From assembly GCF_018350175.1 (NCBI RefSeq), contig NC_058368.1:162876001-162940000 (forward strand): 64,000 bases of DNA, given 5' to 3'. Every line of letters begins with the position of its first letter. Position 1 is the first letter of the stretch. Below, piece after piece: positions 12,332 to 26,411 of this stretch. Under the pieces are notes generated by a model, which had not been told where the DNA came from, did not search any database, and saw only the letters and a program-made list of their open reading frames with translations. The stretch is from Felis catus (Eukaryota). The translations under genes and the position numbers were made by a program.

Positions 12332-12540
12332 CTATGCTATACAATATGGTAACCATTAGCCATATGTGCCTACTTAAATTTAAGTCAATTAAAACCAAAT
12401 AAAATTTAAAATTCAGTGCCTCATTCATACTTAACTGCATTTCAAATGCTCAATATGCACATGTGGCTAGAAACTACTATTTTGGACAACAGATATACAA
12501 AACATTTCATTATTTTAGAAAGTACGATTGGACAGCACTG
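12332..12540 (-). mobile_element. MER3-like hAT-Charlie DNA transposon (MITE)
   Basis: Terminal inverted repeats (CTATGCTATACAATA / ATTGGACAGCACTG) and internal TAGCCATATGTG / CACATGTGGCTAG repeats. Confidence 0.8.
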
Positions 12541-14889
12541 CTATAGGGCAATGAAAATGAATTTATTTTATATGCAACAATGACTCTTACTAACATATTG
12601 TTGAGTAACACAATACAGACACAAATGACTACATGCTATCATCTCCTATATGCATAAAGTTCCAACAGAACAAACTAACCTATTCAAGATAGAAGTCAGG
12701 ATAGTGGTAACCTTAAGAGATGAAGGGGTTGGTGACAAGAAAGGAGTTAGTGTAAGGACTTTTGGAATACTTATAATTATTGATTTCTTGAATTGGACTG
12801 TGGTTACATTGGTGGTGGTTACTTTGTAAAATTTCCATCAGACTGTATACCTGTAATCTGTGTGCACTCTTTTGAATATATTATGCTTCATTATAATGTC
12901 TATTAAGATGATTTCCCTTGACTCCCCATTTATTATCTATTAGGTATCCAAGATGCTTGTCCTTCTTTTGACCCATTTTCTTTCCCCAATTTTTGTTAGT
13001 GGTATAATTTCTACTTTATCAAAGCATAATATATTGCATTCTATTTTGTTACCTTTATGCTCGGATTAGTATATGTCTTAGTTCTAGCATAAATTAATTA
13101 AATTTCAAAAATATATTAGCTAAATATAAGTAGTTAAATCTGTTTGTTTTAACTTATCCAACGCTCACCAACGGACCTATTATTAAAGTTTTCCTAATCA
13201 TGTATCTTGGCTAATTATAACTTGTCTTGCTTTCAGTTCTTAAGAAGTATCTCTTAACAACATTTCCCAGTTCTGCCATATCAAAGCTGTTTATAATTGT
13301 AGGGCAGTTTGTTGATGACAAAATAATCAGTTCACATTTTCTTTCCTCAGTGATCTTTTAAGTGTTTCTAGTTTTCTAGAGCTGAATGCTGCTGGGGACA
13401 AATCTGGTGCCAAACTTGTTTGTTTTCCTCTTTTTTTTTTTTTTTTTTATGACAGAAGGACTATTTCTTCACCTTTAAATATAACAGTTTTAATACACTG
13501 TATCTCAATGCTTATTGGTTTGGGTAAATTTCCCTAGTTTTACTTGATGTGCCGTTTCAAAATGTAAACACAAATCTTTTTTATTTCAGTCTTTATTCAT
13601 TATTATTATTGCTTATTATTCCAGCATTTACTAAATATAGTATTTCAGTGAAGTTTAACTAAAAAATTAAATATTTATTGTTGGATTGTTTTGGTTTTCT
13701 TCTTTAGGAACTTCAATTATCCCTATGTCAGATCTTCCTTTCCTCTTATTTTTGTCCCTTTTATCTAATGCTTTTCTCTTATTTTTATTCTATATTCTTC
13801 ATCCCCCCCCTCCTTATTTCTATGCTCCCCATTGGTTTCTATGCTGTCTTTTCTTCCCTGTTTGCTTCTAATTTAGTTTTCATTTATAAGTTTTTCCCTT
13901 TTAATTTTGTTCCTGAGTTCTGTCAGCTTGCATTCCATAGCTTCCTTCTTCTAGCTATTTTTCTCATTTTGTGGCCATAATTGTTAATTTTTTTAGCCTA
14001 AATTTACATATAGCTACATTTATATTTTTATCTGATTCATGAACAATTTTCTACTGAGTTTCATTGTGTGCAGTAATGCTTAATAAGTTTCATTTCTTTT
14101 ACTATAGTTATTTTGTACGTAGGCAGAAGTTTTTTCTTTTCCATTTATTCATATTTTAATGAGGTGAGTTGTCTTAAATTAGAGGCAGGTTGTGAGAATG
14201 GAACTTAAGCCAGGGTTTCCAAGCTTCAAAACTGAAGTTATCTCCTCTGTGACATAGGGGAGGACTTAAGAATGATTCCTATGTATCGTTCCACATCTTC
14301 TACCTCTCCAAACACGGCCTGCTTCCAAAGAACTTCTACTACAATCAATGTACTTCTGAGATCTCTTCACTTTTCTTGCTTTCCAAGGTGATGTATTCAT
14401 TTATAGAAGTAATATTTTGCTGGCACTTTTTTGAGATCTGCTATGTCTAGACCACCTGGGCATTTTCCAAGCCTTTTCTCTCATTATTTCCAGAGAGCGT
14501 CTACCTTAATTTATCTACCTAGGTTGTGCTCCCAAAATTTCCATTCTAAGGTGGGGCCTTCTCCTTCTGAGCAGAAATAAATGCCAGAGATCAGATCTGT
14601 CAATATTGAGATCCTCCCCACATTTCACATCCTTTTGAATCTACAAGTTGGCTTCTAGTTCTGCTTCAATTTTGGCAATACTCACACGCAATTTCAACTT
14701 TGTGATTTTTTTTTTTACCAATTTCATTATTTACAGAAACTATAGTGTGTGCACACATGTGCACACATACATGTGTGTTTTATTTTCCCTATAGCTCTAT
14801 ATAATTACTTACTAGAATAAGTGATAAGACTGAGAACTGAATTTTTGGACTATTACTATCATCTGTCTCATCTCAGTGCTGGAAATTTT

Positions 14890-15740
14890 TACCTGGATGT
14901 TTCACATGATCTTTACATAAGGCATTTAACATTGTACAGATTATATTCAATCTAAGCATTCTCTGCTTGAATTTCTCATCTCAGTTAATGGATTGTCATT
15001 CATTTAGTTCCCTAGACTGGAAATCTGCACATAATCCTAATTTTTTAAATATTTTATATGAGGAACATCAAAGTAATAATCTTGCGCTTTTATCCAAACT
15101 AAATATTTCTCAAATATATTCTATCACTTCTAACTTTAAATACCACTACTAAATTTGAAAACTGTATCCCAACTACTTTCCTTTTTCTTGTTTCCCCCCT
15201 CAGCTTTATCTTTTATACCATCCTCAAAGTATTCTATCTAAAATACATAGTTGATCACTTTTACTTATGAGGTTTATTTTTTTCAATGGCCTCCAGCTGC
15301 AAAATGGATAACATCATTCATGTTAATAATGGCAAAGAAAGCCTTCCATGATCTCACCTTTATGGAGCCCAAATCTCCCTGTCCCTTTACCATCATGCTA
15401 CTTCTGTCATAACAAATTCCTTGTCAAGATGCTTCACACATTTTTGCCTCTACTTTCACTGCTCAGTTTTCCTGTTAAGAACTTTTCCGTAATTAGCAGG
15501 CATTATGACAAATCACTTATTCATAGCTCAGTTCAAGTACTGTATCTTCTATAAGCATTTCCAAATCATCATAGATAAAAATTACCATTTCTTCCACCTT
15601 TTCCTGGGTCAGTCTGCCTAAGTTTTAATCAAGACACCTCTAAATATCCACTGTACATCTTCTTTTCGGCTCTCTCCCTACAATACTCTAAGAAACTTGA
15701 AAGCAAGGTATATATCTTATTGGTCCCTGTAATTTTACTC
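14890..15740 (+). mobile_element. Ancient L2 fragment
   Basis: TTCTCATCTCAGTTAATGG, TTCAATGGCCTCC, AAGCCTTCCATGATCT and AAACTTGAAAGCAAGG motifs. Confidence 0.6.
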
Positions 15741-16641
15741 CAGACACAGATGAATGGTTATAGAAGCTGCTTCACTGGATTTATAAGTCCAACTTTTGAC
15801 TCTCATCTAAATTGCAAGTTAATTAAAAACAGAAACCACATTCCCTAAGTTCTCAGATTTTTTTTTGCATATATTTATTCATGTTTTCTAGCCTGCTTTC
15901 CTAGGGAACAACAGATCGCTCCTCATGACCTAGAGTTTATGTTAGCCTTTTGAAAAAAAATTGAAAATAGTGACCAATTATTTTGCTACATGATAAAAAG
16001 AAATATTACATGTATTTCACATATTCAGAAAAAATACATTTCAAATGTTGCTTTAATTTAGGATATATTTGTGTACTGAAATTCTACCATTTTTTAAGTT
16101 ATTACGCTCCTTTGCTAATGACACTGATGTTTTCTCATAGTCAAATTGGCTAATATAGAAGCAAACACTCAATAAATACCTTAACTAATGAATCAACATT
16201 ATAATCACATTTGTGTCAAAATTAAGATTTATCCTCTATTCATGAAATTTCCAGGTGTCTTAAATTAAGTAAAAAATTTAGTTTTATATTAAACTTAAGC
16301 TAAATGTGATTTCTATATGCTTTAAGTAAAAAAAATAGATAAAAGAGAAAATTAATATACACATAAATTTTGACAACATAACAATTTTCCTATATATGAA
16401 TTTACCATATTGTAAGTTAAATTTAATTAATTAAAACTAAATGGATAACCACAAACTTTAAGCAAATAATTAGTTAAAACAGAGAAATAAATATATACAT
16501 TTTGACAATATAATCAATTTCCCCTCTCACAGTTGCCACTTTGAAACAAAAAGTGACTCATTTATAACAATATTCTAAAATATTCTTAAAATTGCATTTC
16601 TCACAAATTAAATGAACAATGATTTTGAATAATATACATAC

Positions 16642-16829
16642 CGAAGGATGGTCAGGGTGTTTGGTATACCAGAAAAAACAGAAAATAAAATCGTAGAAAA
16701 GATAAAAGCAATGAACAAAGGTAATTTATAGCACTTTGCATCACACGTCCCAGGTCTAGCGTCAATAAAATCACCTTGGTCATCTGCAGTTGTTAATCCT
16801 TCTTGAATGCAAGAACAATTGTAGTATGT
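16642..16829 (-). CDS. SLCO6A1: SLCO6A1 coding exon, 188 bp (probably exon 10): TYYNCSCIQEGLTTADDQGDFIDARPGTCDAKCYKLPLFIAFIFSTILFSVFSGIPNTLTIL(R)
   Basis: Hand-translated (not in the ORF track). Acceptor TTTTCATAG|ACA, donor TCG|GTATGT; phase 0 in, phase 2 out; YYNCSCI motif and a TM helix typical of OATPs. Confidence 0.93.
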
Positions 16830-17119
16830 CTATGAAAATTAAAACAAGAAACCATCTTCTAGAAATATAGTCATAAAGCAACAACTTCTATCATTATAAA
16901 ATAAAATCAATGACTGCAGGTACACTAGCTAGTTTTATTAGTCAATATTCTTACATTAAATCTGCCATTCATTATTTAGAAATAAAATATTAATGATACA
17001 TTCTAGGTATTTTATGTAACAAAAATGTGTGTGTGTGTGTTTAACTAGAGTTATTTAGGATAAATTCTATTAATCTAAAAAATTCAGCAAAAATATTCAC
17101 ATTCACAGAAAAGTAAGGA

Positions 17120-17470
17120 GACAAATGTGGCTGGAGCAGAATAAGTATGAAAGAAACTAAGAAAATAAGATCAAAGTAGCAGGGGAAAAAGCACATTATA
17201 CAGAAACCGGTAAAAAACTGCAAGAATAATTTAAGAACTTTGGTTTTTATTCTAAGTAATGTAAAAACAGTGGAGGGATATATGTATAAATGATATATTT
17301 TAAAAAGATCACTCTGACAGCTATACCAGACTATGAAGGGAAAGATGAAAGCAGAGAAAACAGTTAAAAAGCTATTGAAATGAGATGCAAGACAATGGTA
17401 ACAGAGAAAATGATGAAGCTAGTCAGATCCAGTATTTATTCTGAAAGTAGATTTGAAAGGATTTGCTTAA
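17120..17470 (-). mobile_element. Ancient L2 fragment
   Basis: GTGGCTGGAGCAGA, GAACTTTGGTTTTTATTCTAAGT and TTTTAAAAAGATCACTCTGAC. Confidence 0.65.
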
Positions 17471-19289
17471 GGGTCTTAGGGAAAGAATGGTGACCAGAAG
17501 GAGAGTCATATAGAGAGGGAAGAGAGAAATTAAGACCTTCAGTCAAGGGATGCAGTCAGTCCATGGTTCAGAAAGTGAACCAAGAAAGTAAGCACAATGC
17601 CTTCACTTTTCCCCCCATTTTTCTGCTTTTCTACTTGGACTGTTTATTATCTTAATCCACTCAGAAGGCAAAGAAGGTTCAGCCTTCTTGAATAATGAGG
17701 AAAGTAGAGAACAGTGACAAGTGGACCTGGAGGTCAGACAAAAGATGTCCAGCACAATAAGTGGTTGCAGACAATAGAAGCCAGGCTGACCAAGGGAAAA
17801 CTGAAAACATGAAGAAGGTTAAGTGAGCAAATGGTAGAATCACAAGATATTAGGCTCTGGAAGGGTTGAAAGACTCTGGAATATAAGGTAACATTTAAGA
17901 ATAAACATTTTTAAAGGGTGTACAATATTTTTTATATTAATATTCAATAAGAAACTGAAGATATATTATTAAATCATACACTAGTGAAAACCTGACTACA
18001 AAAAACTGAAGTTGGCCAGGTATGCTAATATCTTATGATAAAGTAATCTGTGTATAACAGGAAAAGGCATTATTATTATGTAAGTGCATAAATAGTAAAG
18101 GATCTTACTGCCTACTAAATGAGGTGGTATAATGCCCATGGGTCAGGATATATATACCTCTCTGTTGTCTTCTCCCCCTCAGAAAGACCAGCCAGAAACA
18201 TGAGAAAAAAGTTTTTAAATCCCACATCCCTACTTTGGTGCAACTTAAAAGGGAGAAACTTAAGTTATAGTGCATTATTTAGCTAAAAGCAGATTTATGC
18301 AACTTTGGACAAAAGAAAATTAACGTGGAGTCAAACAAGCAGCAGAGTAGCCAACTCTGTCTGGTTGGTAGAAGGTCTAGGGAAATAAGGAATTCTGATC
18401 GTTATGGACCAAATATGAGCAAACAGGGAAATTTTAAAATGAGTCCTGATACATGTAAACAGCAAAAGACAAACAAGAATACATATATTCAGTTGTAAGT
18501 CATTTGTATTGCTACCATGTAAGTATTCTCTTTTACCTTTCTAGAAAGTATGATATGTTTATAAAGGTCTTGTATGTATGCTAATCATCGATTAAATGGA
18601 CTGATTTTCATGTCTGAGTCAATGTGGAACAGATATAGAAACAGCAAGAAGGTGTAGTGTAGACATTTTTAATTCTTCAGGAGAAGAAAAAACCAAGTGA
18701 AAGGTGACCAGAAAGATAGCAGTGGTCAACCCAAAGCTGTAAGAAAGACTATGGGTCAAGATTTTGCTGTGAATGGGTATTGCTGATAGGCGGGACAGAA
18801 CTACAATAAATGACATAAGTAGAAGACAAAATATTCTCTTAAACCGTTGCTTTCAACTTTACTACTGCAAGAGGCAATGACAGTCACCTACTTCTTTAAA
18901 ACTATAAAATTGGGATGATGTAATACATGGAGACATTTTTTTATTCAAGTGTAATTAACATACAGTGCTATTAGTTTCAGGTGTACAATATGATTCAACA
19001 ATTCTATACATTACTTATCACAATAAGTATACTCAATCTCCTTCACCTATTTCACCTGTCCCCCACCAATTCCCTTTTAATAACCACCAGTTTGTCCTCT
19101 ATAGTTAAGAGTTTATTTTTTGTCCTTTTTTCTTGCCTGCTTTGTTTCTTAAATTCTACATATGAATGAAATCATATGGTATTTGTCTTTCTCTGGTGTT
19201 TCACTTAGCATTATACCCTCTAGATCCCTCCATATTGTTGTAAATAGCAAGATTTCATTCTTTTTTATGGCTAATATTACATTGTATAT

Positions 19290-19291
<2 letters not shown>

Positions 19292-19336
<45 letters not shown>

Positions 19337-19416
19337 TATATATATATATATATCACTCCATTTTGTGTATATACATCTATACACACACACACACACCCGC
19401 ACACACACACACACAC
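19292..19416. repeat. Compound (TG)n(TA)n...(CA)n microsatellite within the L1
   Basis: Directly visible. Confidence 0.95.
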
Positions 19417-21674
19417 CACATCTTTTTAATCCATTTATCTATGGATGGATATTTGTGTTGCTTCCATATCTTAGCTACTGTAAATAATGCTGCAATAAAC
19501 ACAGTGGTACATATACTTTTTCCAATTAGTGTTTTCATTTTCTTTGCGTAAATACCCAGTAGTAAAATTTGGATATGGTAATTCTATGTTTAATTTTTTG
19601 AGATATCTTCATTCCATTTTCCACAATCGCTGCACCAATTTACATTCCCACCAAAAGTATATGAAGGATGCTTTTATTCCACATACTTGCCAATATTTGC
19701 TATTTTTCGTGTTTCTTGTTTTAGTCATTCTGACAGGTATGAGGTGATATACCTCATATTGTGGTGGTGATTTGCAACTCCCTGATCATGAGTGATGCTG
19801 ATTATCTTTTCATGTCATTTATACGTCTTTAAAAAAAATGTCTATTCATATTCTTCTCTGCCCAAATTTAATCATACTGGTGTTTTTTTGTGTGTTTTTT
19901 TGTTTGTTTTTTAGTGTTGTGTAAGTTCTTGATATATTTTGGGTATTGACCCCTTATCAAATATATCATTTGAAAATATCTTTTCCCATTCAGTAGGTTG
20001 TCTTTTTGTTTTGTTGATGGTTTCCTTTGCTGAGCAAAAGCTTTTTAGTTTGGTGTAGTCCCAATAATTTAATTTTGCTTTTTCTTCCCTTGCCAGAGGA
20101 AATATATTTACAAAAATGGTTAATTTTTTGATGTCAAATAAATTATTGCATATGTTTTCTTCTAGGAATTTTATGGTATCAGGTCTCACATTTGTGTCTT
20201 TAATCTATTTTAGTTTACTTTTGTATATGGTGTTAGAAAGTGGTCCAGTTTCATTCTTTTGCATGTAGTTATCCAGTTTTCCCAGCACCATTTATTGATG
20301 AGACTATCTTTTTCCCATTGCATATTATTGCCTCCATTGTCATAGATTAATTGACCATACAGATGTGGGTATATTTCTGGACTCCACTCTCTTCCATTGA
20401 TCTATTTGTCTATTTTTGTGTACGTGGCATACTGTTTTGATGACTATAGCTTTGTAGTATAACTTGAAATCTGAGATTGTGATATTTCCTGTTTTGTTCT
20501 TTTTCAAAATTGGTTTGGCTATTTGAGGTCTTTTGTAATTCCATACAAATATCATGATTATTTGTCCCAGTTCTATGGACAGTGCTATTGGTATTTTGGT
20601 AAGTATTGCACTAAATCTGCAGATTTCTTTGGATAGTATGGACATTTAAAAAATACTGGTCTCCCAAAACATGAGCATAAAATATTTTTCCATTTGTTTG
20701 TGTTGTCTTCAATTTTTGTCATCAATTTTTTATAGTTTTCAGACAACAGGTCTTTCACCTTTTTCATTAAGTTTATTAGTAGGTATTTTGTTCTTTTTAG
20801 TGCAGTTGTAAATGGATTATTTTCTTAATTTCCCTTTCTGCTACTTCATTATTAGTGTATAGAAATGCAACAGATTTCTGCATATTAACTTTGTCTCCTG
20901 TGATCTTACTGAATTCATTTATTAGTTCTAGTAGTTTTTTGGTGGTCTTTAGGGTTTTCTATACGTAATGTCATGTCTTCTGCGCATAGTGAAAAATTTA
21001 CCTCTTCCTTACCAATTTGAATGCCTTTTATTTCTTTTTATTTTCTGGTAACTGTGGCAAGGACTTCCAGTACTATGTTGAATAAAAGTGGTGAGAGTGG
21101 ACATCTTGTCTTGTTCCTTAGGCGAAAATATCTTAGTTTTTCACCACTGAATATGTTAGCTGTGGGTTTTTCATGTATAGCCTTTATTATGTTGAGGTAT
21201 GTTCCTTCTAAACCTATATTGTTGAGGGTTTTTCCCATGAATGGATGTTGTACTTTGTCAAATGCTTTTATGCATCTATTGAGATGATCATATGGTGTTT
21301 ATATTTTCTCTTACTGACGTGATGTGTCACACTGATTGAATTGTGAATACTGAACCACCTTTGCATCCCAGCAATAAATCCCACTTGATCATGGTGAATG
21401 AAATTTTTTTATTGTTTTTTTCAATTTGCCAATATTTTGTTCAGGATTTCTGCATCTATGTTCATCAGAAATATTGGCCTATAGTTCTCTTTTTTTGTAG
21501 TATTTTTATCTGGTTTTGGTATCAGAAAAATACTGGCCTCACAGAATGAATTTGGAAGTTTACCTTCCTTTTCTGTTTTGGAAAAGTTTGAGAATAGGTA
21601 TTCACTAATCTTTAAATGTTTGGTACAATTTACCTATGGAGTTATCTGATCCTGGACTCTTGTTTGTTGGAAGT

Positions 21675-21872
21675 TTTTTTTTCCTTAGTTTTTATTTAAA
21701 TTCCAGTCAGTTAATATAACAGTGTAATATTAGTTTCAGGTGTAGAATTTAGTTATTCAGCACTTCCATGTAACACCCAGTGCTCATCACAAGTGCTTTT
21801 TTAATTCCCATTACCCACCCAAACTATACCCTCACCCACCTCCCCTCTGGTAACCATAGTTTTTTCTCTATA
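21675..21872 (-). mobile_element. Short L1 3'UTR fragment inserted into the larger L1
   Basis: Poly-T then ACAGTGTAATATTAGTTTCAGGTGTA...CACCCAGTGCTCATCAC, resembling the 3' end at 18941-19100; host ORF2 resumes at ATTACTGATTCA. Confidence 0.82.
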
Positions 21873-22946
21873 AAATTACTGATTCAATTGTATTGTTAGT
21901 AATTGGTTTGTTCAAATTTTCTATGTCTTCCTGATTCAGTCTTCAGAGGTTATATGTTTCTAGGAATTTGTCCATTTCTTCTAGGATATCCAATTTGTTG
22001 GCATATATATTTTTATAATATTCTCTTATAATCCTTTGTGGTGTGTAATATTTTACAATTTCTATGGTGTCAGTTGTTATTTCTTTTTTTCATTTCTGAT
22101 TTCATTTGAGTCCTCCCTCTCTCTCTCTCTCTTTTTCTCTTTTTTTGATGACTCTGGATAAAGGTTTATCAGTTCTGTTGATCTTTTCAAAAAACCAGCT
22201 CCTGGATTCATTGATCTGTTCTATAGTTTTTTAGTCTCTATTTTATTTATTTCTAATATTTATTATTTTCTTTTATCTACTGGCTTTGGGTTTTGTTCTT
22301 CTTTTTCTAGCTCCTTTAGGTGTAAAGTTAGGTTGTTTGAGATTTTTCTTGCTTCCTGATGTAGTCCTGTATTGCTATGATTTTCCCTCTTAGAACAGTT
22401 TTTGCTGCATCTCAAAGTTTTTGGGCCACTGTGTTGTCATTGTCATTGTCATTGTCATTGTCTCCATATAATTTTTAATTTCCTCTTTGATTTCTTAGTT
22501 AACTCATTCATTGTTCAGTAGCATGATTTTTGTGATTGATTTCCAATTTCATACCATTGCAGTCAGAAAAGATATATGATATGATTTCAGTCTTTTTGAA
22601 CTTGTTGAGACTTGTTTTGTGGCCTAACATGTGATCTATTCTGGGGAGAGTTCCATGTGCACGTGAAAAGAATGTGTATTCTGCTGTGTTAGGATGGAAT
22701 GTTTTGAATATATCTGTTAGGTCCATCTGTTTCAATGTGTCATTCAAAGCCACTGTTTTCTTTGTTGATTTTCTGTCTGATGTATCCATTGATGTAAGTG
22801 GGTGTTAAAGTTCCCTACTGTTAATGTATTAGTATTGATTTCTTTTTTTATGTCTGTTAATAGTTGCTTTACATTTTGGGTTCTCCCATGTTGGATACAT
22901 AAGTATTTACAACTGTTTTATGTTCTTGTTGGATTGTTCTCTTTAT

Positions 22947-23169
22947 TTTTTTTAATGTTTATTTGTTTTTGAGAGAGAGAGACAGAGATAAGAGTGTGAG
23001 TGGGGGATGGGCAGAGAGAGAGAGGGACACACAGAAGCGAAGCAGGCTCCAGGCTACCAGCTGTCAGCTGTCAGCACAGAGCCCAATGCAGGGCTCAGAC
23101 TCACAGACCACAAGATCATGACCTGAGCTGAAGTCGGATGCTCAACTGACTGAGCCACCCAGGTGCCCC
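22947..23169 (-). mobile_element. CanSINE inside L1
   Basis: TSD TCTCTTTAT at 22938 and 23170. Confidence 0.94.
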
Positions 23170-24139
23170 TCTCTTTATATTATATAGTGTTATTCTTTGT
23201 ACCTTGCTACAGTCTTTGTTTTAAAGTCTATTTTGTCTAATGTAAGTCTTGCTAGTCTAGCAAGAGTCCATTTGCATGATAAATGTTTACCCATCACTTC
23301 ACTTTCAATCTGCATGTGTCTTTAAGTTTGAAGGGAGTCTCTTGTAGGGTGTATATACATGGGTCTTGCTTTTTTTTATGTATACCTTCCAGCTACCCTA
23401 TGTCTTTTGATTGGCATTTAGTCTAGTTATAGGGAAAGTAATTATTGATAGGTCTGAACTTACTGCCATTTTTTAACTTTTTAAAATGGTTGTTTTGGTA
23501 GTTCTCTGTTCCTTTCTTTTCCTGCTCACATTCTTTTGTGGCTTGATGGCTTTCTTTAGTGACATCCTTGGATTATTTTCTCTTCATTTTTTGCAAATCT
23601 ATTTTACGCCTTTGATTCGAGTTTACCATTAGGTTCGTATATAACATCCTATGCATATAGCCATCAACATTAAGTTGATAGTTGCTTAAGTTTGAACCCA
23701 TTCTAAAAGCATTAAATTTCTCCTCTGTCCACATTTTATGTTTAAAATAGCATATTTTACAACCTTATATTCTGTGAATTTCCTGACTGATTTTTATAGA
23801 TAAAACTAATTTTACTGCTTTTGTGTTTTAATCTCCATCCTGGTTTTATAAGTGATTAATCTACTACTTTTTTTATGTTTGTATTTACCTGTGAATTTTT
23901 TTCCTTTCATAATTTTCTTACTTTTTGAGGCATGTTTTAATGTAGAAGTATCTTTCCCACTGCCAATTCCCTTAAGCCCTTTGAATTATGGCCACATAAA
24001 GTAAATATTCTTTTCCTGTTTTTTTTTTAAACATTTATGGGGGGAAAATGCTTTTATAGAGAGCTAGGAGTAAAATGTAAACACCATCTACAAGTTGAAC
24101 ATCTTATTGAGAGGAAGAAGCATAATAAAAAATATTTAC

Positions 24140-24293
24140 CTTGTCATTTTGTATTATTTTAGATTGTATACAGCCTGCAAAGCAAGGAGAAAAATATCCA
24201 ATATGATCTCTTCCACATATAGCAGAATATAGTGAAGATGAGCATCTACAATGAGAATTGCAAGGAGCTGTCAGGTTTCCCAACTGTCCTGTT
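24140..24293 (-). CDS. SLCO6A1: SLCO6A1 coding exon, 154 bp (probably exon 9), Kazal-like extracellular loop: (G)TGQLGNLTAPCNSHCRCSSSLYSAICGRDHIGYFSPCFAGCIQSKIIQNDK
   Basis: Hand-translated (not in the ORF track). Acceptor TTTTTACAG|A, donor AAG|GTAAAT; phase 2 in, phase 0 out; OATP Kazal-type pattern CN..C.C....ICG.D...YFSPCFAGC. Confidence 0.93.
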
Positions 24294-26411
24294 CTGTAAA
24301 AAAAGAGATTGAAGTATTATACTTATTAATGTGTATATTAGGATATGAGATACATAAAAATATGCTTATTGAAATAAATTCCTTTTGACAGGTTTATTGA
24401 GGTATAACTCAATATGTACAATGAACTATACATAAAGTGAACAATTTGAAATTTTTTGATATATGTATACACTTGTGAAATCATCACTATCACCACCACA
24501 ATCATGTTAACAAACATAATCATCACCCCCAAAATTTCACTGTGACCCTTTGTAATACCTCTGGCCTCTGGCATCCGCAGATCTATGTTCTGTCATTATA
24601 CATTAATTTAAATTTCATGAAATTGAATCATATAATATACACACTTTCTTTGTCTGGGTTCTTTGTATGGTCTTTGTATGGTGATATGTCTCCATATCTC
24701 TTGGGTAAATACTAAAGAGTAGGATGTTTGGATCATATGGTAGGTGCTCATGTAACTTTTTGAGAAACTGTCACTTTTCCAATTTGGTTGTGCTATTTTA
24801 TATTCCCACCAGCAGTGTATAAGAGTTTCAGTTGCTTTCTACATTCCTCACCAACACTTGATATAATCAATCTTTTTAATTTTAGACAGTCTAAGAATAT
24901 AGCAGCTTCATATTGTGGTTTTTAATATTCCCTTCCCTGATGGCTAATGATGTGAGCCATCCTTCCAGGGGCTTATTTCCCATCTGTATATATTTGGTTA
25001 AATGTCTGCTCAAATCTTTTGCCCATTTTTATTGATTAGTTTTCTTATTGAGCATTGAAATTTCTTTATATATTCTGGAAACATGTCCTTCACCAGATAC
25101 ATGATTTTTAAACATCTTCTCACAATCTGTGGCTTGTTCTTTTATTCATTTAACAGGTCTTTCAAAGGGCAGAAATATTTTATTTTGACATAGGACAATT
25201 TATCAATATATTTCTTCATGGATCATGTATTTAGTGTCATATCTAAGAAAACTTTGCTGAATCCAAATTTATAAAAATTTTTCCTATATTCTTAGAATTC
25301 TGTATCTTGTATTCACACTTACAATCCATTTTAAGTATTTTATGTGGTACAAGATATGAATCAAAGTTCATTTTTTTTACATATAGATATCTAATTGTTC
25401 CATCATCATTTGTTAAAATGCTTATATGTTCTTCACTAAATTGCACATACATCCTATCAAAACTCAATTATCCATTTATACGTGGGCTTATTTCGGGACT
25501 CTCTACTCTATCACACTGATATATTCATCTATGTTTATACCAACACAATTTATTACATTAGCTAATAACTCTTGAAATAAAATAGTGTTGGTACTCTACT
25601 TCTACTCTTCATCAGAATTGTTTTTGGTTTTTCTAGGTCCTGTGTATATTGCATGAATTTAAGTTATTTGTAGAATATCTAAAAAAGAAACCCTGTGGGG
25701 ACTTTGGTTGTGATTACATTGAAAACTACATCAATTTGGAAGGATTAACTTAATATATTGAGTCTTCCAAAACATGAACACGGGATCTCTTTTTAAAAAT
25801 TTAGGTCTTTATTTTAGCTAGGAATATTTTGTAGTAATTATGAATAGGGCTTTCACTTCTTATATTTATCCTTAAGTATTTCTTCTTCTTGATACTATTG
25901 CTAATGGCATTTTTGTGTAATATCAATTTCCAGCTGTTTGTAGGTAATATATAAAAACACCATTGATTCTTGTATGATGATATATTCTTCTACAACATTT
26001 TTTTCTTAATACTACTGTCAGTAGTGTTGTTTTTGACATTAATTTCCACTTATTTGTAGGTGGTATGTAGAAATACTGTAATCTCTTACATTTTGATCTT
26101 GTATCCTACAAATTACTAAACTTATTTTTTAGTTATAGTTCAGTTATCATTTTTTATAGTTTTTTGTTATATTTTTAGTTATATAGTTTCTATATAGACA
26201 ATTGTGTCATCTTCAAATAAACTATTTTATTTCTACTTTTCTTATCAGGATGCCTTTTATTTCTTTTTCTTACAGTATTGTAATGGCTAGAACATCCATT
26301 ATAATGTTAATGTAATAGTACTGAAAGCAGATATCCTTGTTATGCTCCTGGTCATTCAATGTTTCATCATTGTCCTTGAATGTTTCAACATGTCATTCAT
26401 GTTTTCATCAT

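Larger units (their letters stand above)
6480..12905 (+). mobile_element. Old, internally deleted L1 (ORF1 region to 3' end) hosting LTR, SINE and MER3 insertions
   Basis: A-rich sense L1 motifs: GAATATTTGAAGAAACAAT (ORF1), TGTTCTCTGAACACAGTGGATTCAAACTA (EN), ATGAATACAGATGCAAAAACACTAAACAAAATATTAGCAAA (RT start), TATATTCATACAATGGACTAT (C-terminal/3'). Confidence 0.75.
18941..23926 (-). mobile_element. 5'-truncated carnivore L1 (inter-ORF region, full ORF2 relic, 3'UTR), inactivated
   Basis: ORF-track peptides from L1 ORF2 (22508-22789 EN; 21038-21238 RT; 20340-20767; 19911-20189); degenerate TSD GAGACATTTTTT (18930) / GAGGCATGTTTT (23927). Confidence 0.92.
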
